Shown here: piece by piece, positions 19,043 to 27,045 of the stretch
Position numbering within the stretch: the stretch's first letter is position 1
Layout: each line of letters opens with the position of its first letter
Assembly: GCA_965261085.1 (NCBI GenBank)
Contig: OZ253442.1
Span: 2,496,001 to 2,560,000, forward strand
DNA: 64,000 nucleotides
Direction of reading: 5' to 3'
Source: a bacterium
GTDB lineage: Bacteria; UBA8248
The notes under the pieces: generated by a model
Told to the model about the DNA's origin: nothing
Databases searched by the model: none
What the model saw: the letters and a program-made list of their open reading frames with translations, nothing else
Translations under genes and position numbers: made by a program

Positions 19043-19159
19043 CATTCTGTCGTCGGGTGAGATCGTCGCCGGCGCCAGAGGCAGTTGTTGATATTGCGCG
19101 GCGTAGTCGGTTTGGACCCATGCTTTCCTGACCCCCATCACCCCACGGTTGAATGGTTC
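19043..19159. mobile_element. Small IS66-type MITE-like unit (degenerate)
   Basis: Inverted CATTC-N7-GGGTGA boxes at 19043-19060 (+) and 19137-19155 (-); both tips interrupted by later insertions. Confidence 0.55.
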
Positions 19160-19389
19160 GTAACCATTCGGTGGCAGGGTGATGATAGAGGCGAGGCCAG
19201 CAGCGAGCCGTTGTTCTGCCCGAATGTGGTCGCCCCGACTAAGTGCTTCTGTAATACGATGGCACTAGGAAAATCGGGCGGCTGCGGTACATGACCAATA
19301 TTTTCAACTTGGTCGACATGTCCTTGAACCCGCCGTCCAGTTCGAATCAGCCGATGCTGTGGTTTGCTCTATCACCCCGCGACCGAATG

Positions 19390-19660
19390 TGTATGGACGC
19401 GCCCCAAAATGCAAGCTTTTTCTTCGGACAGTTCGGCGCAATGTGGTCAGGCGCAGTCGTGTATTCGGCCTCTAGATTGCGGCGTTTCCCTCTTGCCACG
19501 GGCCCGTATGGAGATGCGCGGATCGGGTCCGAATCGCTTACGCGAGCTTGAAAGCTCTCCATTCAGGTCCTGGTTTTCCCGATCCCGTCTCATTGACCGT
19601 ATGCCCCTTACCTGTCCTCCGACCTGCTCACATTCCCGGCATTATCCGCTCGCCTGCCGC
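19390..19660 (-). ncRNA. Putative bridge/seek RNA region of the IS1111 element
   Basis: 271-nt NCR; stem GGATCGGG/CCCGATCC encloses GAATGG-[GAGC/GCTC hairpin]-GTAAGC matching the target; ATACACGA matches the circle junction. RNA ends unknown. Confidence 0.75.
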
Positions 19661-20686
19661 TCAGGCGGCCGGCACCGGCTCCTTGTAGACCTCTTTTTTC
19701 GTCATCAGCGCCCAGGCGATGCGCGCCATCCTGTTGGCCAGCGCCACCGCGACCAGCATACGCGGCTTTCGCGCCAGCATCCGGGCCAGCCATGAGCCCG
19801 GCGGAGCGCCGCGCCGGACCGCCCAGCGCACCACCGTCATCGCGCCTATGATCAACAACCGCCTGACGTCGCGCTGGCCCATCTTCGATATCCTGCCCAG
19901 CCGGGGCTTGCCACCGGTGGAGTGCTGCCGCGGGACGAGCCCGAGCCAGGCGGAGAAGTCGCGACCGCGCCGGAAGCTTTCCATCGGCGGCGCGAAGGCC
20001 TGGATCGCCATCGCCCCGATCGCCCCGATCCCCGGTATGCTCATCAGGCGCCTCGCCTCCTCGTCTTGGCGCGCACTCGCGAGAAGTTGCCTCTCCAACT
20101 CCCCGATCTTCGCATTGAGGCCGGCGATCTGATCGAGCAGAACCCCGCCCAGATCGCGGACCGCCTCGGGCAGGCCCAAGCCCGGATCTGCAACGGCCGA
20201 CGCCAGCCGCGCGACATGGGCGGGACCCTGGGGAGCAACGACGCCGAACTCCGCCAGATGGCCGCGCAGCGCGTTGATCGTCTGGGTGCGCTGTCGCACC
20301 AGCAAATCGCGCGTGCGGAACAGCATCCCTCGGGCCTGCTGCTCTTCAGTCTTCACGGCCACGAAGTGCATGGTCGGGCGAGAGGCCGACTCGCAGATCG
20401 CCTCCGCATCAGCCTCGTCGTTCTTGTGGCGCTTGACGAAGGGTTTCACGTAGATCGGCGGGATAAGCTTCACCTCATGGCCGAGCTTGCCGATCTCACG
20501 CCCCCAGTAGTGCGCGCTCGCACATGCCTCCATCGCCACCAGGCACCGCGGCTGCGAAGCCAGAAAGCCCAACACCTTCGCCCTGGTAAGCTTCTTCCGG
20601 AACGCGACCGATCCGTCCGGGCGCGTGCCGTGGAGTTGAAAGCTCTGTTTTGCCAGATCGATGCCGATGATGTGAACCTGTTCCAT
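19661..20686 (-). CDS. IS110/IS1111 DEDD transposase (bridge recombinase)
   Basis: IGIDLAK, AMEAC, KNDEADAEAI, WLGLVPRQHSTGGK; 341 aa from ATG 20686. Confidence 0.96.
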   Translation of the reverse strand: MEQVHIIGIDLAKQSFQLHGTRPDGSVAFRKKLTRAKVLGFLASQPRCLVAMEACASAHYWGREIGKLGHEVKLIPPIYVKPFVKRHKNDEADAEAICESASRPTMHFVAVKTEEQQARGMLFRTRDLLVRQRTQTINALRGHLAEFGVVAPQGPAHVARLASAVADPGLGLPEAVRDLGGVLLDQIAGLNAKIGELERQLLASARQDEEARRLMSIPGIGAIGAMAIQAFAPPMESFRRGRDFSAWLGLVPRQHSTGGKPRLGRISKMGQRDVRRLLIIGAMTVVRWAVRRGAPPGSWLARMLARKPRMLVAVALANRMARIAWALMTKKEVYKEPVPAA

Positions 20687-20973
20687 GGATTCCCCTCCTG
20701 CAGGGCGGTAACGACACCACCTCACCACAGTGTGATGCCTTCGGGAGGGCGCGTCCATCCCATCGCTTACAATGGTTCGACGACGTGGACGCGACGGGAT
20801 GCGCAGAAGTTTCAATGAATCCGCTTTTGTTTTGATTACGAATTGCAGAAGGCAGATTCTGAACAAGTTCGGAAAATTTATATATCCAAAATAATTTCAA
20901 TAAGATATAGGGGTTTCATAGCCGATCAAAACCTCTTAATTTCTCTAAGACGGGCAAAAACGTAAACCAGAAA

Positions 20974-21037
20974 CACTGCCCTTTGAGGGTCGGGCTTCTC
21001 CTTCTTCAGTCGGAATTGACCCTCAAGGGGGGGAGTG
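20974..21037. repeat. Palindromic REP/MITE-like element, internally deleted copy
   Basis: Ends CACTGCCCTTTGAGGGTC / GACCCTCAAGGGGGGGAGTG; longer copy at 43091-43286. Confidence 0.75.
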
Positions 21038-21151
21038 GTTTTTTCGTCGGAATAGTTTTTGCTACATCCCCGGGGCGATTCGCGTACTGTGAGGCGGACG
21101 TGCAGGTTCCCCCATGCTCATTGTAGGATCGTGCGAGGAGGCAGCCATAAC

Positions 21152-21673
21152 ATGTGCGAATTCATCATCGCGCAGACCGAAGAGGACTACCGGGAGGCTG
21201 CGGCGTTGCTGCGCGAGTACGAGGCCGGTCTCGGAATCGACCTGTGCTTTCAGGGTTTTCCCGAAGAACTCGAAAGCCTCGAGCGTATGTACGGTCCGCC
21301 GGGCGGAAGGTTTCTCATCGTGCGCCAAGGAGAGCTGACCGCGGACTGCGTCGCCTTGCGGGATTTGGGCGGAAAAATCTGCGAGATGAAGCGTCTCTAC
21401 GTGCGCCCTGACTTCAGGGGACGCGGCCTGGGGAGAAGGTGCGCGGAGGAGATTGTCCGCATCGCGGGGGAGATGGGCTACACCGCTATGCGCCTCGATA
21501 CGCTGCCCACGATGCGTGAGGCCATCGCCCTTTACCGCTCGATAGGTTTCATGGAGACCGCCCCTTACGCCGAAAACCCCGTAGAGGGGGTGGTTTTCAT
21601 GGAGTTGGGGTTAATCCCGACCGATGAGGGAGGGATTGACACGACTGATGAAGGCGCGATTACACAGGAATAG
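21152..21673 (+). CDS. GNAT N-acetyltransferase
   Basis: CEMKRLYVRPDFRGRGLG, MRLDTL..AIALYRSIGF. Confidence 0.9.
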   Translation: MCEFIIAQTEEDYREAAALLREYEAGLGIDLCFQGFPEELESLERMYGPPGGRFLIVRQGELTADCVALRDLGGKICEMKRLYVRPDFRGRGLGRRCAEEIVRIAGEMGYTAMRLDTLPTMREAIALYRSIGFMETAPYAENPVEGVVFMELGLIPTDEGGIDTTDEGAITQE

Positions 21674-21682
21674 AACAATAAA

Positions 21683-21752
21683 CGGGCGGACACTTAGGTC
21701 CGCCCCTACGTAAGTAGAATAGATTAGTAGGGGAGAACCTGTGTGTTCTCCC
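21683..21752. repeat. Pair of GTAG-family REP sequences
   Basis: GTAGGGGCGGACCTAAGTGTCCGCCCG on - and GTAGGGGAGAACCTGTGTGTTCTCCC on +; each is a GTAG tetranucleotide plus hairpin. Confidence 0.75.
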
Positions 21753-21816
21753 AGGGTTGCATCGTTTCTGGATTCCGCAAACCATTCCTCATCCGCCCGC
21801 AAACCCTCCCTCTTCG

Positions 21817-21980
21817 GGGTTGTTGAAAAAGCCCCCCTGACAAGGGGGGTTGGGGGGTTCGGAGGGAATAATGCTTCACCCGCTCCGCTCGCCATCCCTC
21901 GGCTTAAAAACCAACCCCCCTGTCCCCCCTTGTCAGGGGGGTAAAAGCGACACCCCCGGCGAGGGGTTTTTCAACAGGCC
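21817..21980. mobile_element. MITE-like palindromic element
   Basis: TIRs GGGTTGTTGAAAAA / TTTTTCAACAGGCC, inner palindrome CCCCCCTGACAAGGGG..CCCCTTGTCAGGGGGG, flanking 7-8-bp direct repeat CTCTTCG(G). Confidence 0.7.
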
Positions 21981-21994
21981 CTCTTCGGTCGGGT

Positions 21995-22405
21995 TTACAC
22001 ACCCAGGGCTTTCGCGGCCTTGCGCTGGTCCTTGGGACTCACCCAGAAGATGGCGCCGTAGCGCTTCCTGCCCGCGGCGATGGCCGTGATGGCGGTGATG
22101 TTGACGCCGGCATCGGCGAGCTTGGCGAGAACCGGCACAAGCGCCCCGGTGCGATCCGTGCCCTCGACGAGAAAGGCCTTTTTCCGGGGGCTGAGCTTGA
22201 GCTTCGCCTTGCGCGCGAAGGTGGTGAAGGCCCGCGCGTCCTCGGGCACGAAGTCGACCTGAACGCGCCTGCGCACGGGGAAGGCGTGCATCGCCAGCAG
22301 GCTGACGCCCGCGTCCTTGAAAAGGGAGGCGAGGGCGGCGCCCTCTCCCGGCTTATTGGAAGCGGTGATGTAATAGTAGTTTACTTCGCGAACTGTCTCG
22401 GCCAT
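21995..22405 (-). CDS. Tandem ACT-domain protein
   Basis: NKPGEGA..GVSLLA and DRTGAL..LADAGVNI repeats. Confidence 0.8.
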   Translation of the reverse strand: MAETVREVNYYYITASNKPGEGAALASLFKDAGVSLLAMHAFPVRRRVQVDFVPEDARAFTTFARKAKLKLSPRKKAFLVEGTDRTGALVPVLAKLADAGVNITAITAIAAGRKRYGAIFWVSPKDQRKAAKALGV

Positions 22406-22949
22406 GGCTTGTCTCCTGGATTGGAAGCGGCATTTCCGGGGGGCGGGATTATACTCGAATCATGGGCCGCGCCTGAACGCGCGCCTAAATGAAAATAATC
22501 ATACAACACGAGGCGCGGTGAGGGAAACAGGGGTCAATTTCGAGCGATGAGGGAGGGATTGTTCCGACTCGAAAAGCAGGAAAACACCGGCTCGTAATTT
22601 CTGCGAAACGAGACTTCTCGTTCATCAATCGAAACGAATCTCACGCCTTCCGTTCACGCCTCCGAATGTTCACAAATTCTCTCGTCCACCGGCCCGCCAC
22701 CGCACGCGCATTTGCCCGTAGTGGGCGATTTTCGGGTCGGGGTAGGGTGCGTTCATCGAATGCGAAAAACTCAGGAATGAATATCGATAAAATACCATAA
22801 ATATCGATAAATTAACGAGGTATTTCTAAGATATAGAATGGTTTAATAAGTCGTTGTAAATAATTGATATAGCTTAAATTGTTCGTTTTCATTCGGCGCG
22901 AATTCAGGGTGTTTCAGGCGGTTTCCGTCATATGATAGGGAGCGGCTCT

Positions 22950-24200
22950 TTAGGCCGGCATCACCTTGGGATGCTCGAGCATGTCCTTGAGCGTGGCGAG
23001 GAACTCGGCCGCCGGCGCGCCGTCGACCAGGCGGTGATCGGCGTTGATGCCGACGTAGGCCGTCGTCCGGGCCACGACCTCTCCGTTTCGCACAACGGCG
23101 CGCTCTCGCGCCGCGCCCACCGAGAGGATGGCGGATTCGGGGTGGTTGATGATGGCGCTGAAATGATCGACCCCGTAGGCGCCCAGATTCGAGATCGTGA
23201 AGGTGCCTCCCGCCAGCGCATCCAGCCCCAAGGCGCCCGCGCGGGCCGCCTCGGCCAGCGCTCTCGACTCGCGTGAGATGGCGTCGATGGATTTCTGGTC
23301 GGCGCCCCGGATGACGGGCACCATCAGTCCCTGATCGACGGCTACTGCCACCCCGATGTTCACGTCCCGCATCTGCTCCAGGGCGTTTTCGGCGAGGCGG
23401 ACGTTCACGGCCGGGCAGCGGCGCACGGCGCGGGCGGTGTAGAAGAGGATGAGATCGTTGATGGATACCCTGACGCCGAGGTCGTTCTCCCACGCCTGGC
23501 GGCTGGCCTCGCGTACGGCGAGGAGGTTCGTGAGGTCCACCTCGGCCTGCATGGTGATGCGCGGCACTTGGGACCAGCTTGCGAGCATACGATCGGCGAT
23601 GATTTTACGCATACCCGCCAGGGGCGTGGAACTCGCCACGGCCGCGGGGCCGCTCGCGGCGGCGGCCGGTGCGGCGGGAAGGCCCGATGCCGCCGCCGCT
23701 CGCACGTCGGCCTGCACGATTCTTCCGCCCGGTCCTGAGCCTGTGAGGACGCGGTAATCGATTCCGAGTTCACGGGCCACGCGCCTTGCCGCCGGGCTGG
23801 CGAATACGCGGCCCGCAGGCGCAGTCTGCGCGGGGACGGGTGCCGCTGGAGCAGGGGCAGGCGCCGGGGCGGGTGGTGGCGTCGCAGGAGCATCCGCCAC
23901 GGTGGGTTCGGCTTTCTCCGTAGCCTTGTCGGGCTCGCCTTCAAAGCTGCTGATGTCCTCTCCCGCCTCGCCGATGACGGCGATGTCCGTGCCGCAGGGA
24001 ACGACAGCGCCTTCTCCCGCCAGCGTCTTGAGAATGAGGCCGCCGCCTGGCGATTCGACCTCGTATTCGACCTTGTCGGTCTGGATGTCGAGGATGATCT
24101 CGCCTTTTTCGACCGCTTCACCCTCGCCCTTTCGCCATTTGAGGATGGTGCCTTCTTCCATGGTAAGGCCGAGTTTGGGCATCGGGAGGGGAGTGGCCAT
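22950..24200 (-). CDS. 2-oxoacid/acetoin dehydrogenase E2 (dihydrolipoamide acyltransferase)
   Basis: Lipoyl domain QTDKV, E3-binding ASPAARR, catalytic DHRLVDG. Confidence 0.95.
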   Translation of the reverse strand: MATPLPMPKLGLTMEEGTILKWRKGEGEAVEKGEIILDIQTDKVEYEVESPGGGLILKTLAGEGAVVPCGTDIAVIGEAGEDISSFEGEPDKATEKAEPTVADAPATPPPAPAPAPAPAAPVPAQTAPAGRVFASPAARRVARELGIDYRVLTGSGPGGRIVQADVRAAAASGLPAAPAAAASGPAAVASSTPLAGMRKIIADRMLASWSQVPRITMQAEVDLTNLLAVREASRQAWENDLGVRVSINDLILFYTARAVRRCPAVNVRLAENALEQMRDVNIGVAVAVDQGLMVPVIRGADQKSIDAISRESRALAEAARAGALGLDALAGGTFTISNLGAYGVDHFSAIINHPESAILSVGAARERAVVRNGEVVARTTAYVGINADHRLVDGAPAAEFLATLKDMLEHPKVMPA

Positions 24201-24236
24201 GAATCTTTGCTCCTAAAGATTGGATGTGTCCTGAAG

Positions 24237-25217
24237 TTATACCGTCTCTAACATACCACGAACCCCGGCGATTACGTCATCCTTGTCGGGAATGACGTAG
24301 GATTCCAGCTTGGGCGAAAAGGGCACCGGCGTTTCCTTGGCGCAGACGCGTTCGATGGGTGCGTCGAGATAATCGAAAGCGTCTTTGGCGGCCATGGCGG
24401 CGATTTCCGCTCCCCAACCGCAACGCTGCACCGCCTCATGGGTAATGAGGAGTCGGCCCGTCTTGCGGACGGAGGCGAGAATCGTCTCCACATCCAGGGG
24501 GAAAAGCGTTCTGGGGTCTATGATCTCGCAGTGAACCCCTTCTTTTGTAAGCTCATCCGCCGCAGCGAGTGATTTGCCGACCATTGATGAGGTGGCGACG
24601 ATGGTCAGGTCGCTCCCCTCTCTTTTCACCTCGGCGACGCCGAGGGGGATGACCTCCTCCTCTTCGGGAACGGCGCCTTTTTCCAGATAAAGTAGTTTGT
24701 GTTCGATAAAAAATACCGGGTCGTCGTCCCTGATGGCCGCCTTCAGAAGGCCTTTGGCATCGCGCGCGCCGGAGGGCATGACCACCTTGAGACCTGGCAC
24801 GTGAACGAACCATGCTTCTAGGCTTTGTGCATGCTGAGCGGCGGAACTGCGACCCGCACCGCCCTGGGTTCTGATGACGAGCGAAGTATTCGCCTTGCCG
24901 CCGAACATGTAGCGCACCTTGGCGACCTGATTGACGATTTGATCCATGGCGATGGCGGAAAAATCGATGTACATCAACTCCGCCACGGGGCGCATGCCTA
25001 CGAGCGCGGCCCCCAGAGTCGCGCCGATGATGCCTTGCTCTGATATGGGCGTATTTCTCACGCGCTCAGGGCCATATTTCTCCAAAAGCCCCACGGTCGT
25101 CTTGTATGAGCCGCCGAACTCAGCGATATCCTCCCCGAGCAGAAAAACCGAGTCATCTCTCGCCATTTCCTCATCCAGGGCCTCGGTAATGGCTTCCCGG
25201 TATAAAATCTCGCGCAT
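24237..25217 (-). CDS. Acetoin/pyruvate dehydrogenase E1 beta
   Basis: NTPISE, AQHAQSLE, KTGRL motifs. Confidence 0.95.
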   Translation of the reverse strand: MREILYREAITEALDEEMARDDSVFLLGEDIAEFGGSYKTTVGLLEKYGPERVRNTPISEQGIIGATLGAALVGMRPVAELMYIDFSAIAMDQIVNQVAKVRYMFGGKANTSLVIRTQGGAGRSSAAQHAQSLEAWFVHVPGLKVVMPSGARDAKGLLKAAIRDDDPVFFIEHKLLYLEKGAVPEEEEVIPLGVAEVKREGSDLTIVATSSMVGKSLAAADELTKEGVHCEIIDPRTLFPLDVETILASVRKTGRLLITHEAVQRCGWGAEIAAMAAKDAFDYLDAPIERVCAKETPVPFSPKLESYVIPDKDDVIAGVRGMLETV

Positions 25218-25229
25218 TTCCCTTTTCCC

Positions 25230-26201
25230 CTAAACGGACGCGTAGATGTCGGTCATGGCGTCATCAAGTTCGGGCTCCGGGCTTTTCCGGGCGAATTCGA
25301 TAGCCTCTTCCATCTCTTTGTTCACGTTCGCGTAGATGGCGTCAATGCTTTTTTTGCTCAACCATTTTTTCTTCTCGAGCGTTTCTGCAAACGTGATGAG
25401 TGGGTCGCGTTTGAGCCACTTGCCCACTTCTTTGTCGTGTCCGTAAGCGGTGCCGGGATCGCCCACGTAATGGCCCAAAAAACGCATTGTTTTCGCTTCG
25501 ATCAGCGTAGGTCCGCGTCCTTTGCGGGCGCGCAAAATCGCCTCGCCGGCCACTTCGTATACAACCTGGGGGTCCATGCCGTCGACAACGATTCCGGGCA
25601 TGCCGTAGGCTTTAGCCCGATCGGCGATGTCCTGAACCGCCTGGTGAGTGGCGCGAGGAGTGCTTTCGGCGAATCCGTTATTCTCGCAAACAAATACAGC
25701 AGGCAGCTTCCAGGTAGCGGCGATGTTGATACCCTCATGGAAAGCGCCTTCATTGCTGGCTCCGTCGCCGAAAAAACTGACGGCAACGTGTTTTTCTCCT
25801 TTTAGTTGAAGCCCCAAGGCGGCGCCGGCGGCTATGGGAATACCCCCGCCCACAATGCCATTCGCCCCCAGAACTCCCAGGTCCTGATCGGCAATGTGCA
25901 TCGAGCCCCCTTTTCCTTTGCAGTAGCCTGTAACGCGAGCGTACAACTCGGCGAACATGCCCTTGTATTGGAGCCCCTTGGCGATCATGTGTCCATGGCC
26001 GCGGTGTGTAGATGTGATTTGGTCTTTCGGGGTCAGATGAACGCAAACCCCGGCGGCGACGGCTTCTTCGCCGATATAGGCGTGGAGAAAACCTGGTAGT
26101 TCTCCCGCTTGGAATAGTTCAATAGAACGTTCCTCGAACCTTCGAATGCGAACCATCGTTTCGTAAATCCACAGGGCCTTGGTCTTCGTCAATCGAATCA
26201 T
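25230..26201 (-). CDS. Acetoin/pyruvate dehydrogenase E1 alpha
   Basis: STHRGHGH, GKGGSMH, TPP motif GDGA..CENN. Confidence 0.95.
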   Translation of the reverse strand: MIRLTKTKALWIYETMVRIRRFEERSIELFQAGELPGFLHAYIGEEAVAAGVCVHLTPKDQITSTHRGHGHMIAKGLQYKGMFAELYARVTGYCKGKGGSMHIADQDLGVLGANGIVGGGIPIAAGAALGLQLKGEKHVAVSFFGDGASNEGAFHEGINIAATWKLPAVFVCENNGFAESTPRATHQAVQDIADRAKAYGMPGIVVDGMDPQVVYEVAGEAILRARKGRGPTLIEAKTMRFLGHYVGDPGTAYGHDKEVGKWLKRDPLITFAETLEKKKWLSKKSIDAIYANVNKEMEEAIEFARKSPEPELDDAMTDIYASV

Positions 26202-26413
26202 GGTACTACCTCTTCACTGATGATTGCGCCCCAACCAGGAGGCGACTTGATCTTTGGGCAAGGAAGCCCGTAGCGCTTCTTCGGGGAAAACGCAAAACTG
26301 ATTCGCCGTTCGTTTTATTTCAAGATATTTTATCCGCTCAATTCAACAGAATCTAGCACGCCGCAAATCTTCGAGCAAGAATGACCTTATATACTACAAA
26401 GAAGCTATTCCAC

Positions 26414-26442
26414 TTGCGCTTTCCTCGAATGGCGATTAAAAT
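26414..26442 (+). promoter_or_regulatory. Sigma70-type promoter of the rimP operon
   Basis: TTGCGC-17 nt-TAAAAT. Confidence 0.55.
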
Positions 26443-26461
26443 ATTGATGATTTTGGCTGTT

Positions 26462-26494
26462 GAGTAAGTGGGTCAATTGATGGCCCATTCTTTT
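26462..26494 (+). promoter_or_regulatory. rimP leader hairpin
   Basis: AGTGGGTCA..TGGCCCATT followed by CTTTT just upstream of rimP, like the conserved rimP-leader terminator. Confidence 0.6.
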
Positions 26495-26515
26495 ATTCAC
26501 TCTCGGAATAGAGTC

Positions 26516-27013
26516 ATGGTGATAATTGATGTCGATAGCCAATTATGGACTATCGCCCAGGAAGTGGTTTCGGACCTTGGGTTTGAATTGGTTGACATTG
26601 AACTGACCGGGAACCGTAGCCAGCAGATCATTCAGGTATATATTGAAAAATCAGGAGGGGTTTTAATTTCTGATTGCGTAACCGTGAGCCGGGAACTCGG
26701 AGAACGTCTCGATGAGAAGGATGTCATTGAAAATTCTTATCGCCTGGAAATATCAAGTCCTGGCATTGAGAGGCCTCTACGAAAAATCCAGGATTTTGAA
26801 CGCTACGTCGGGCACCGGGTGCGCATACGTCTTAAAGGCAGGCGGAAGGGAAAGAGAAAAATTGCAGGGAAGCTAGTTGAGGTTGATGAAAATATTGTCT
26901 GTGTGCTTTTACGGAATGAGGAGAAAGCTTCATTTCCACTGGCCGATATCGTAAAAGCGAACTTGGATGTGGATTGGGATACGGAATTTCAAGGTCGGGG
27001 GAATACAGAGTAG
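26516..27013 (+). CDS. rimP: Ribosome maturation factor RimP
   Basis: YRLEISSPGIERPL; upstream of nusA. Confidence 0.95.
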   Translation: MVIIDVDSQLWTIAQEVVSDLGFELVDIELTGNRSQQIIQVYIEKSGGVLISDCVTVSRELGERLDEKDVIENSYRLEISSPGIERPLRKIQDFERYVGHRVRIRLKGRRKGKRKIAGKLVEVDENIVCVLLRNEEKASFPLADIVKANLDVDWDTEFQGRGNTE

Positions 27014-27045
27014 AGTCAGCTCAATCCATCATGGAGGAGTAGTTT

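Larger units (their letters stand above)
19390..20765 (-). mobile_element. IS1111-family insertion sequence (IS110 superfamily)
   Basis: Perfect 12-bp subterminal IRs ATGGACGCGCCC (19393-19404 / 20747-20758), 3 and 7 bp from the ends; no TSD; long NCR downstream of the transposase. Confidence 0.92.
19160..20770. mobile_element. IS66-type MITE (~235 bp) carrying an IS1111 insertion in its right TIR
   Basis: Left TIR GTAACCATTCGGTGGCAGGGTGAT; right TIR rebuilt as GTAAG|CATTCGGTCGCGGGGTGAT; exact 8-bp direct repeat AATGGTTC at 19152-19159 and 20771-20778. GTAA termini and an 8-bp TSD are IS66 hallmarks. Confidence 0.8.

Noticed and set aside
19137-19183. Palindrome resembling an integron attC or Xer site
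   Set aside because: No RYYYAAC/GTTRRRY or XerD box; fully explained by two abutting IS66-type TIRs plus a TSD.
19367-19380. TATCACC lambda-operator-like half site
   Set aside because: Part of the MITE TIR and far from the divergent promoter.
19085-19795. Short ORFs between repressor and transposase
   Set aside because: They span MITE and NCR boundaries and have no recognisable motifs.
20687-20866. N-terminal extension of the transposase ORF
   Set aside because: Crosses the IS end; the DEDD domain starts at ATG 20686.
26200-26470. tRNA often found upstream of rimP
   Set aside because: No cloverleaf or T-loop motif seen; no tRNA or rRNA recognised anywhere in the window.
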